From NCBI GenBank assembly GCA_001940845.1, contig MSGV01000023.1:338312-402311 (forward strand): a DNA stretch of 64,000 bases, in the 5' to 3' direction. The stretch's first letter is position 1. Each line of letters starts with the position of its first letter. The DNA is from Christensenellaceae bacterium Phil7. GTDB lineage: Bacteria > Bacillota > Clostridia > Christensenellales > CAG-138. The notes under the pieces were generated by a model. That model did not search any database. It had not been told where the DNA came from and saw only the letters and a list, made by a program, of their open reading frames with translations. The position numbers and the translations under genes are program-made. Shown here in pieces: positions 51,477-59,787 of the stretch.

Positions 51477-51820
51477 TTTGTTTCCTCACTATCTTGAAAC
51501 ACATCAACACTACCATCCGCCCGGAAAAGCAGTCCGTGGAAACCGCCTCCCCGCTTTTGAGCAGTCAGATTTCTCCACCGATCAATAGAAATACGCCGGA
51601 TGAACTTGCCCAGAAATGTAGATAATACACTTGGGCGGTTTGAAAGCATAGCATTCCACGCCGCTAAATATGTATCGTTTACACACTCCTGAGTATCTTC
51701 ATGGAAGAACAGGATGTTATTCGCAATTGAGAAGCAGTAGGGTCCATACTTGCACTGTGTTTCGTAAATTGCGCTTTCAGAGCCTTGACAGTACAAATCT
51801 ACAATTTTGCTGCCCTCCAT
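51473..51820 (-). CDS. sigma-70 family (ECF-like) sigma factor fragment containing region 2 only
   Basis: MEGSKIVDLYCQGSESAIYETQCKYGPYCFSIANNILFFHEDTQECVNDTYLAAWNAM...WRNLTAQKRGGG, then 22 unrelated residues and a stop. No region 4 HTH. The track N-terminus overlaps tRNA-Glu. Confidence 0.6.
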   Translation of the reverse strand: MEGSKIVDLYCQGSESAIYETQCKYGPYCFSIANNILFFHEDTQECVNDTYLAAWNAMLSNRPSVLSTFLGKFIRRISIDRWRNLTAQKRGGGFHGLLFRADGSVDVFQDSEETK

Positions 51821-51918
51821 TTGGATCATCTCCTCTGTTCTTATGCTCGAAAGAAATAGATTTTGGTTGCGTGGATGCGTGGACAAATTTACACGAAACA
51901 AGGCAGTTCTGAATGCTC

Positions 51919-51973
51919 CAAAAACAAAAAATAATCCGAATCCATTTCCTACTGAAAATAGCTTCGGATTATT
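51919..51973 (-). terminator. rho-independent terminator after tRNA-Glu
   Basis: Reverse strand: AATAATCCGAA-22 nt-TTCGGATTATT followed by TTTTTGTTTTT. Confidence 0.75.
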
Positions 51974-51979
51974 CGACTT

Positions 51980-52055
51980 TGGTACCCAGTAGGGGAGTCG
52001 AACCCCTGCCGCCGCCGTGAGAGGGCGGTGTCCTAGGCCACTAGACGAACTGGGC
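51980..52055 (-). tRNA. tRNA-Glu (anticodon CUC), encoded CCA
   Basis: Reverse strand: GCCCAGTTCGTCTAGTGGCCTAGGACACCGCC-CTCTCAC-GGCGGCGGCAGGGGTTCGACTCCCCTACTGGGT-A-CCA. Closely parallels E. coli tRNA-Glu. G1-U72 pair. Confidence 0.85.
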
Positions 52056-52089
52056 ATTTCATTTAAGCTCTCGCTCGAGGACATTGCCT

Positions 52090-52117
52090 ATTATACACGT
52101 TATTCTGAAAATGTCAA
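52090..52117 (-). promoter_or_regulatory. sigma-A type promoter for tRNA-Glu
   Basis: Reverse strand: TTGACA-16 nt-TATAAT. Confidence 0.7.
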
Positions 52118-52245
52118 CCCCAGAATCCATCTTTTTAAAAATATATGTGTCGTGTTATTCGTGATCGCGGCTTCCATTAAGCATAATGCTGCTATGTGTA
52201 CAGCTATTGAGGATAAAGAGAATGAATTCATAAGCCCCATGGATT

Positions 52246-52284
52246 AGCCGGCATGGCATGTGTAAGCTCCATGTCATGCCGGCT
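52246..52284 (-). terminator. hairpin after leuS
   Basis: AGCCGGCATGGCATG-9 nt-CATGTCATGCCGGCT (15-bp stem, one mismatch). No clear U-tract. Confidence 0.55.
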
Positions 52285-52310
52285 CCTATCAAAGCAGACG
52301 CAGTTCAGCC

Positions 52311-54722
52311 TCACTTAACTACAACATTTACTATATTGCGGATAGCTATGAACTTCACAACGTTCTTCCCTTCTATCCACGGAATGATCTCGGGATTAGC
52401 CAGCACAAGCTCCCGCAAAGCATCCTGTTCCATGCCAACAGGAACATTCATCTTCGCCCGCACCTTTCCATTGACCTGTATCGCAATCTCCATTTCGTCC
52501 TTAACGAGCGCAGACTCATCGCAAATGGGCCATTTACTTGCATAGATCGGGGCATCATAACCGATGAGTTCGTTCATCTCCTCAGTTATATGTGGAGCGA
52601 CAGGGTTCATAAGGATGAGCAGAGTTCTCAACTCTTCGCGCGTTACGCTGCCTTTTGAATAGAAATCATTCACCAGGCTCATCATTGCGGCAATAGCTGT
52701 ATTGAACTTCATTCGCTCAAAATCATCGCTTACCTTCTTAATACACCCATGCACAGCGGCAGCCATCTCTTTCCTTATTCCGTCGCCCTCTATGAGCATA
52801 TCCTGAAGCCTCCATACCCTTTCCATAAATCTCCGACAGCCCTTGACTCCTGCTGTGCTCCATGGGATTGTCTGGTCAAATGCTCCAATGAACATCTCAT
52901 ACGCCCTGACGGTATCTGCACCATATTCCTCAACCAGATCATCCGGGTTTATAACATTATTGAACGATTTGCTCATTTTTCTGCCGTCTTCAGCAAGGAT
53001 CATTCCGTGACTGGTGCGTTTCATATATGGCTCCGGGCAGCCAACAACACCAATATCATACAAGAACTTATGCCAGAACCTTGAATACAGAAGATGCAAA
53101 GTTGTATGCTCCATACCACCATTGTACCAATCCACCGGCAGCCAATAATCCAAAGCTTTTCTATCGGCAAGGCACTTATCGTTATGCGGATCACAGTAGC
53201 GCATATAATACCAGCTCGACCCTGCCCAATTTGGCATCGTATCTATCTCTCTCTCGGCCGGACGACCGCATTCGGGGCAAGTTGTATGAATCCAGTCGGT
53301 CGCTCGAGCGAGTGCAGACGAACCATCCTCCGCAGGTTTAAAATCGTCAACATCCGGCAGTCTCAACGGTAGCTGATCTTCAGGTATTGGCACCCATCCG
53401 CAATGCTCACAATAGACTAGCGGTATCGGCTCGCCCCAATAACGCTGACGGCTAAAGAGCCAATCGCGAAGCTTAAAATTCGTCTTTCGTCTTCCTATTC
53501 CCGACTTCTCCAGCCAATCTATCATCGCTTTTTTGGCATCTTCAACCTGCATACCATTTAGGAATCCAGAATTGACCAGTATCCCCGATGCGCAATCCGT
53601 AAACGCTTCCTCTTCAATGTTCCCTCCTGCAACAACCTCGATAATGGGCAGACCCATCGTTTTCGCAAATTCGTAATCCCTTGTGTCATGAGCCGGAACC
53701 GCCATTATCGCTCCCGTGCCATAGCCCATAAGCACATAATCAGATATCCATATCGGTATTTGATTGCCGGTTGCAGGATTAATCGCATATATGCCTTCGA
53801 GCGGTATGCCCGTTTTATCCTTTGCCAGCTCACTACGTTCGAAATCACTCTTTCTTGCCGCCATCTGTTGGTATTCATGCACGGCATCAATGTTAGAAAT
53901 CCTTGCTGCCAGAGCTTTTACGATGGGATGCTCCGGCGCAACGACCATATAAGTCGCACCAAAGATGGTATCCGGCCTTGTCGTATAAATTTTAAGCCCC
54001 TCATCGTAACCATCAATCTTGAAGTTGACTTCAGCTCCGGTGCTTCTTCCTATCCAGTTCTTCTGGGAGGTCTTTACCCTATCGATAAAATCAACTTTAT
54101 CCAAATCATCGATTAGTCGATCAGCATATTCGGTGATTTTAAGCATCCACTGAGATCTGACCATGCGCACAACAGGCGCACCGCAGCGCTCACAGGTTCC
54201 ATCAATGACCTCTTCATTTGCAAGACCAACCTTGCAGGATGTACAGAAATTGATCGGCAGTTCTGCTTTATAAGCAAGTCCATGCTCAAAAAGCTTTATG
54301 AATATCCACTGGGTCCAGCGATAATACTCCGGATCAGATGTATACAGCTCTCTTGAATAATCAAACGAAAAACCAAGCATCTTAAGCTGGTCATGAAATA
54401 CTTGAATGTTTTTGGCCGTCACCTTAGCCGGATGCTCTCCCGTCTTTATTGCATAATTTTCTGTCGGAAGTCCAAAGCTATCATAGCCAATCGGGAACAG
54501 AACATTATATCCCTCCATGCGTCTTTTGCGGCTGATAATATCGAGTGCCGTATTGCTGCGGGGATGTCCTACATGCAGTCCCGCCCCGCTTGGAAACGGA
54601 AATTCAATTAAAGCATAATACTTCGGAAGCGTGAAATCATTTTTCGCTTCAAAGCAATGTGCATCATCCCATATTTTCTGCCATTTTCTTTCAATTGACA
54701 GATGTTCGTATCTTTCGCTCAT
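52311..54722 (-). CDS. leuS: leucine--tRNA ligase
   Basis: MSERYEHLSIERKWQKIW start. HIGH-type GLHVGHPRS and KMSKS. Confidence 0.95.
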   Translation of the reverse strand: MSERYEHLSIERKWQKIWDDAHCFEAKNDFTLPKYYALIEFPFPSGAGLHVGHPRSNTALDIISRKRRMEGYNVLFPIGYDSFGLPTENYAIKTGEHPAKVTAKNIQVFHDQLKMLGFSFDYSRELYTSDPEYYRWTQWIFIKLFEHGLAYKAELPINFCTSCKVGLANEEVIDGTCERCGAPVVRMVRSQWMLKITEYADRLIDDLDKVDFIDRVKTSQKNWIGRSTGAEVNFKIDGYDEGLKIYTTRPDTIFGATYMVVAPEHPIVKALAARISNIDAVHEYQQMAARKSDFERSELAKDKTGIPLEGIYAINPATGNQIPIWISDYVLMGYGTGAIMAVPAHDTRDYEFAKTMGLPIIEVVAGGNIEEEAFTDCASGILVNSGFLNGMQVEDAKKAMIDWLEKSGIGRRKTNFKLRDWLFSRQRYWGEPIPLVYCEHCGWVPIPEDQLPLRLPDVDDFKPAEDGSSALARATDWIHTTCPECGRPAEREIDTMPNWAGSSWYYMRYCDPHNDKCLADRKALDYWLPVDWYNGGMEHTTLHLLYSRFWHKFLYDIGVVGCPEPYMKRTSHGMILAEDGRKMSKSFNNVINPDDLVEEYGADTVRAYEMFIGAFDQTIPWSTAGVKGCRRFMERVWRLQDMLIEGDGIRKEMAAAVHGCIKKVSDDFERMKFNTAIAAMMSLVNDFYSKGSVTREELRTLLILMNPVAPHITEEMNELIGYDAPIYASKWPICDESALVKDEMEIAIQVNGKVRAKMNVPVGMEQDALRELVLANPEIIPWIEGKNVVKFIAIRNIVNVVVK

Positions 54723-54734
54723 AAAATCTCCTTT

Positions 54735-55005
54735 CAAAAAACAAACCTCCCATCCTCTTTACGAAGACGGAGGCAAAACTACCTACGCGGTACCACTTCA
54801 TTTGTCGATCACTCGACCTCTCAAACCTTTAACGCAGGTATACGTCCGAAACTAAGTTAAAGCCAGCTGAACCAGATCCACAGCTTCGACATTCATAACG
54901 GAGGCTTTGCGGTGAGATTCAGGATTTATCGTTGCCGCCATTTCAGCAATAGGCGGCTCTCTGCCAAACGCATACTTCCCTACTATTCCGTTTCACAGCC
55001 TTTAC
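54735..55005 (-). promoter_or_regulatory. T-box riboswitch leader of leuS (Leu, putative CUC specifier)
   Basis: Reverse strand shows the stem I AGAGA motif, GAATCTCACC with CUC at 54914-54916, the T-box AAGTGGTACCGCG at 54785-54800, and terminator CCTCCGTCTTCGTAAAGAGGATGGGAGG plus TTTGTTTTTT just before the RBS. Confidence 0.85.
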
Positions 55006-55012
55006 ACCATGC

Positions 55013-55041
55013 AGTATACAGCGAATAATTTTATTTGTCAA
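55013..55041 (-). promoter_or_regulatory. sigma-A type promoter for the leuS leader
   Basis: Reverse strand: TTGACA-17 nt-TATACT. Confidence 0.7.
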
Positions 55042-55158
55042 GCTCTGCTAAGAAACAATGGATTGGAACATGGAGCAAGATGGTTATTATAACCTTTTTC
55101 AGGTGTTTTAATATATTACCGCGCAATTCAACAGAATTACACAAATGAGCCGATTTTG

Positions 55159-55167
55159 TGGTATAAT
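55159..55167 (+). promoter_or_regulatory. extended -10 element (TGgTATAAT) 6 nt upstream of the ATG at 55174
   Basis: TGGTATAAT-cataat-ATG with no Shine-Dalgarno in between. Confidence 0.45.
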
Positions 55168-55173
55168 CATAAT

Positions 55174-56433
55174 ATGAGTAAGCGTTTTAACAATAAAAAA
55201 TATTTCAAACGCCGTGGTTTTGGCCATGGCAAAAAAGCATGGAATCCTTTCGTCAAATTTTTTGTTTCGGCGCTTGGAATCCTCTTGGCACTTGCTATCA
55301 TATGCATTGCTGCTATGATAACCCTTGAAGCCGTATTCAACATAGATACGCCGATAAAGCCCGATGGCGTAATCGCCAACGGACTAAAGGGCATAAATGC
55401 AGATAATTTACTCATCTGCTCTCCTACCCCCTATATAACCCCTGAGCCAACGCCTGCACCTCATCCAATGGACTCCTTTGATGGCGGCGAAGCCGAAAGA
55501 GAGATCGTCCTTCCGGCCGATATTTCGTATCCCTGGTTTGGCAGCCCATATTGCTGCGGAAATAAAATAATATGCTCTGCCGGCAAGGTTGTAGATGGAA
55601 AATCCCTGATGTGTGCGCTGATAGAGTACGATGTCGAATCTGAATTTGTCAAGGAACTCGATATAGATTCCCAAAACGGTCAGCTTCTCAACCCGGTATT
55701 CAATGAAAGGTGGCTCGTTTACCTTGATGGAAATACTAAAAACGGCGGAGGCGATATTTGCGTCATAGATCTGAAAAGCGGCAGTATGACGCCAATCGTT
55801 GTTAAAGAAGTCTTCGCCTGCCAGCCCGAGTTTAAGCTTGATGGCGATTACTTTACCTGGATCGAACGCACTGGGACTATTAAAGATAAGGTCTTTGTCT
55901 GTCACATCCCTACCATGGAAACCACAGTGCTCCAAACATACACTCAATCCGGCTATGGGGCAAGTATGCCATATATGTTTGGAGGCCGTATACTTTGGGC
56001 CGCCGATGATAATATCGCTCATGAAGGAGGCAGGGTTTCCTCCGCTATCAAATACGTCGATCTTTCCTCCGGAGAAATTTCAGAAATGCTTCCGGACGTT
56101 TATGTTCATGATCCTGAATATAATGGCAGCTACTATGCGTGGCTTGGTTCACCGCATGATGAAAACTCCACTCTATATGTTTCCAATGGAGTTGATGCCC
56201 CGGTTTCCATAGACACCGGTGTTGTGGAATTTGGCATAAGTGAAAAATTCATTGCTTACGGTAAAAATGATGCCGTCTGGGTTTATTTGTTTGCCGATGG
56301 ATCTATATATCGCATAACTCCTGAGCGCGAAAGCGCACAGTTCCTCGGAACCTCTGGTGGGTATATAATGTGGATGGATGTAACATCCAGAGAACGTGAC
56401 ATTATACGCTACGTGGCTCTACCTGAATTTTAA
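55174..56433 (+). CDS. membrane-anchored hypothetical protein with repeat-rich (beta-propeller-like) ectodomain
   Basis: 419 aa. Basic N-terminus, one TM segment (FFVSALGILLALAIICIAAMITL), then recurring W/Y-x-D/G beta-strand-like repeats. The fold guess is weak. Confidence 0.5.
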   Translation: MSKRFNNKKYFKRRGFGHGKKAWNPFVKFFVSALGILLALAIICIAAMITLEAVFNIDTPIKPDGVIANGLKGINADNLLICSPTPYITPEPTPAPHPMDSFDGGEAEREIVLPADISYPWFGSPYCCGNKIICSAGKVVDGKSLMCALIEYDVESEFVKELDIDSQNGQLLNPVFNERWLVYLDGNTKNGGGDICVIDLKSGSMTPIVVKEVFACQPEFKLDGDYFTWIERTGTIKDKVFVCHIPTMETTVLQTYTQSGYGASMPYMFGGRILWAADDNIAHEGGRVSSAIKYVDLSSGEISEMLPDVYVHDPEYNGSYYAWLGSPHDENSTLYVSNGVDAPVSIDTGVVEFGISEKFIAYGKNDAVWVYLFADGSIYRITPERESAQFLGTSGGYIMWMDVTSRERDIIRYVALPEF

Positions 56434-56456
56434 TTTAAATAGGATCTCCTATCAAT

Positions 56457-57797
56457 ATGAAAGAAAAACGCAAATTCGTTTGTGGAGAATGCGGCTACGA
56501 AACCGTAAAATGGATGGGCTGTTGTCCAAATTGCGAAAGCTGGAATACGCTCGTTGAGGTTAAGGAAATATCGCAAACTTCCACTGTTAAATCCACATTG
56601 AGCTCCAACGGCACCCATGCAATGAGCATAAAGGATATTGATGAAGGTGAGACCATCCGCATACCCACCAGCATCAATGAATTCGACCGCGTGCTTGGAG
56701 GAGGCGTTGTTGCGGGCTCGACCATACTGATAGGCGGAGATCCCGGAATAGGCAAAAGCACCCTGCTGATGCAGGCCGCCAGCAGGCTGATGAAACATGG
56801 GCGGGTTCTGTATGTATCAGGGGAAGAATCCCGAGCACAGCTAAAAATTCGTGCGCGCAGATGTGAAATAAATGATGGTTTACTAATCCTATCAGAAACC
56901 AATGTTGAAACAATCGAAGCTGAAGTTTCCCGTATCAATCCGAAATTCCTGGTTGTGGATTCCATACAGACCATGGTCAGCTCCGAGCTCTCCAACGCAA
57001 CGGGCAGCATAACTCAGATCCGCGGAACGACTACTGCGCTTACACGCATTGCAAAGCAGAACTCATGCGCTGTATTCATTGTTGGTCATGTAACCAAAGA
57101 AGGAGCGATCGCCGGACCTCGTATGCTTGAACATATGGTCGATACCGTATTGTATTTTGAGGGCGATAGACATGATTCGCTCAGGTTGCTTCGTGCAGTA
57201 AAAAACAGATTTGGCTCAACAAATGAAATAGGAATATTTGAAATGCAGCAGACTGGTATGATTGAGGTCGAAAACGCATCTACTCTTTTTGTTTCCGGAG
57301 GAAACGATATCGGTTGCGCCGTCACTTGCATTATGGAGGGAAACCGGCCTATAGTAGTTGAGGTGCAATCACTTCTTGCAGTATCGGCCTTTGCAAACGC
57401 CCGACGCGTTGCTGCGGGACTTGATACAAGCCGATTGATGCTTTTGCTAGCTGTGCTTGAACGTCGTGCAGGTGTACGCATCAGTGATAAGGATGTATAT
57501 GCCAATGCAATCGGCGGTATCCGCCTGGACGATAGAGGAGCTGATTTAGCGCTCACACTCGCAATTGCAGGATCAGCGCTTGAACGTTCTCTTCCAAACG
57601 GCTGCATTGCAATCGGTGAAGTAAGTCTCACCGGGGAAATACGTCCAGCGGACAGAATGCTCAATAGGGTTCAGGAGTGTATACGCTTGGGTTATTCTGA
57701 AGCAATCGTTCCTTATTCTGCCTCTCTAAAAACGATTTCCGGCATCAAGCTCCGCTCCGTTCATTATCTTAAAGACGCAATTGCAATCTTAGAATAA
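56457..57797 (+). CDS. radA: DNA repair protein RadA/Sms
   Basis: Zinc finger CGECGYETVKWMGCCPNC. Walker A GDPGIGKST. KNRFG motif. Lon-like C-terminal domain. Confidence 0.95.
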   Translation: MKEKRKFVCGECGYETVKWMGCCPNCESWNTLVEVKEISQTSTVKSTLSSNGTHAMSIKDIDEGETIRIPTSINEFDRVLGGGVVAGSTILIGGDPGIGKSTLLMQAASRLMKHGRVLYVSGEESRAQLKIRARRCEINDGLLILSETNVETIEAEVSRINPKFLVVDSIQTMVSSELSNATGSITQIRGTTTALTRIAKQNSCAVFIVGHVTKEGAIAGPRMLEHMVDTVLYFEGDRHDSLRLLRAVKNRFGSTNEIGIFEMQQTGMIEVENASTLFVSGGNDIGCAVTCIMEGNRPIVVEVQSLLAVSAFANARRVAAGLDTSRLMLLLAVLERRAGVRISDKDVYANAIGGIRLDDRGADLALTLAIAGSALERSLPNGCIAIGEVSLTGEIRPADRMLNRVQECIRLGYSEAIVPYSASLKTISGIKLRSVHYLKDAIAILE

Positions 57798-57900
57798 TAG
57801 CGCTGCTGAGCATCCTGTTTCGGGCAGTCCATTATACTGTCAGATAAAGATCGATCCCCCTGCATAGTAAATGCAGAAAACCAAAATTTATATGTTAATA

Positions 57901-58116
57901 TCAATCATCTTGGCTCTCGAATTCCAAAAAACGTTCAAGCAATTGAGAAGCCAAGATGGGATCATTCTTCAAGGATGCTATCATTTCTTTATTCATAACT
58001 GAGTTGGTGCCAAGGCATACGGTACAACGATTCCCGCACTCCGTGCATACACATCCGAGGTGTGAATCCTCCGACTGAACCATATATGCTCCGCAATTCA
58101 TACAACTGCACCTCAT
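57901..58116 (-). CDS. small Cys-rich (zinc-ribbon-like) protein, 71 aa
   Basis: GGAGGATAAAACT-ATG. MRCSCMNCGAYM...LGCVCTECGNRCTVCLG has eight Cys in 34 residues, followed by an acidic helical tail. Confidence 0.5.
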   Translation of the reverse strand: MRCSCMNCGAYMVQSEDSHLGCVCTECGNRCTVCLGTNSVMNKEMIASLKNDPILASQLLERFLEFESQDD

Positions 58117-58196
58117 AGTTTTATCCTCCGAACATTATTTTGCTCTATCCATATTATAATTTAAAGAAGCTAAATTGCAAGGTGGATTTTATCGTA

Positions 58197-58991
58197 ATGA
58201 ATAAAATAAATCAGAAAATTAAAAGTGCAGCCGCAACGCTGGCAATCGTGCTGGCATTTTCATTCGTTTGCATCATATTTTCAATAAATTCATCCATAGT
58301 ACAGGTCGATAAACAGTCACAGGAAACCTTTCTTGCCCTTTCATATCGAGATTTTAACATTTTAAGTGATGATTTAAAATATTTAATCGAAAATGGATAT
58401 GAATTCACCCTTCCGAAGGATGCTTCAGATCACTCGCAAAATAACGTATCCATTATAATAGAAATGGACAGCATTGAAGAAACCTTGAAATCGGCAAGTC
58501 TGCTCAATGATTTGAAAATTCCTTCTATAATTACATTAAACAATACTATGAACATTCGTGATATCGAATCGATACGCAGCCTATACTTAGGAGTTGATTT
58601 TGAATTTGCAGCTTTAATGAAACTATATGCCGAAAGCTATGTGAATCTCGCAGCAGCTATCAGTGGAATCCGCATGGATTTTTATCAGAATTTCGGTGAA
58701 AAATGTCAAAATATTGTTCTATCTGAAGGGAGCATCCCGACTGAAGGAATTGATGCAGCATCATTGAATGCATTCCATGAAATAACCATGTTTGGATTCG
58801 GAAACGGGATGAACCTATATAATCATTCCAATCAGTTCAAAATTTATAACCGAATTGTACGAATCAATGATTTGAGCATAGAGGATTATGTCCACGCAGT
58901 TTTGCAGTGGACACAAAACAAATTTCCTATTTCATATGCTATGAAGAAGCGAGCATCAGGTCGCTTTCTGATGCTCATTTTTACTATCTGA
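58197..58991 (+). CDS. hypothetical membrane-anchored protein
   Basis: 264 aa. Start at MNKINQKIK. One N-terminal TM segment. No family recognised. Confidence 0.45.
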   Translation: MNKINQKIKSAAATLAIVLAFSFVCIIFSINSSIVQVDKQSQETFLALSYRDFNILSDDLKYLIENGYEFTLPKDASDHSQNNVSIIIEMDSIEETLKSASLLNDLKIPSIITLNNTMNIRDIESIRSLYLGVDFEFAALMKLYAESYVNLAAAISGIRMDFYQNFGEKCQNIVLSEGSIPTEGIDAASLNAFHEITMFGFGNGMNLYNHSNQFKIYNRIVRINDLSIEDYVHAVLQWTQNKFPISYAMKKRASGRFLMLIFTI

Positions 58992-58992
58992 T

Positions 58993-59565
58993 TCAATTTT
59001 CCAATTGTTTTCCCATAAAGCTTGCCGCCGTCTCAGCCACCTTGGTCTCTGTCACTCCAAATGTCGCTCCAGGTTCCTTGGATAAAAGAATCACTGCGCC
59101 AATTGCATCTCCGGATGCAAGAATTGGAACGATTAATTCAGCCGTATATAGCATTTCATCGTCCAATGAAGTGATATGCATCATATTATCACCCCTTGCG
59201 CTGCTCAAGTTCAGCTTTTCACGAGCATCTATTACCCCTTCAAGCTCTGGGTGTATTGGTTTGTCTATGGCTATGCTAGTATTTGGGAATTGATTGCGCT
59301 TTGCTCCGGCTACTGCAACAATATTATCCTTATCACATATAACCGCTATGCATCCCACGGATTGATGAACCGATTCTGCATATTCCTTAGCAAAATCACC
59401 AATTTCTCCGATTGGAGAATACTTTTTGAGTATAACGCCGCCCTCACGATCTGTATATATTTCAAGAGCGTCACCTTCTCGAATTCGGAGCGTCCTGCGA
59501 ATTTCTTTTGGTATTACGACTCTACCTAGTTCATCGATACGCCTCACGATTCCTGTTGCTTTCAT
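58993..59565 (-). CDS. spoVT: stage V sporulation protein T (AbrB-family regulator)
   Basis: GGAGG-n8-ATG. MKATGIVRRIDELGRVVIPKEIRRTLRIREGDALEI plus a GAF-like C-terminal domain. Confidence 0.9.
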   Translation of the reverse strand: MKATGIVRRIDELGRVVIPKEIRRTLRIREGDALEIYTDREGGVILKKYSPIGEIGDFAKEYAESVHQSVGCIAVICDKDNIVAVAGAKRNQFPNTSIAIDKPIHPELEGVIDAREKLNLSSARGDNMMHITSLDDEMLYTAELIVPILASGDAIGAVILLSKEPGATFGVTETKVAETAASFMGKQLEN

Positions 59566-59787
59566 TGAAAGAACCTCCATAACTGTTTTTTCGATAATAG
59601 TATCTGCTTAATGCGGGCCGATATTCAAAAAAATGAAAAATGAACCATTCTGTTCTTTATTGCGCAAATGTTTGATAATGGTCAAATTTTTATTATTTTG
59701 ATTTTCGGCTATGCAAAATCGACTTTTGGTGGTATAATTAGCCAAAGAACAGTTGGCAGTCTGCTGCCGTAAGAAAGGAAACTACCC

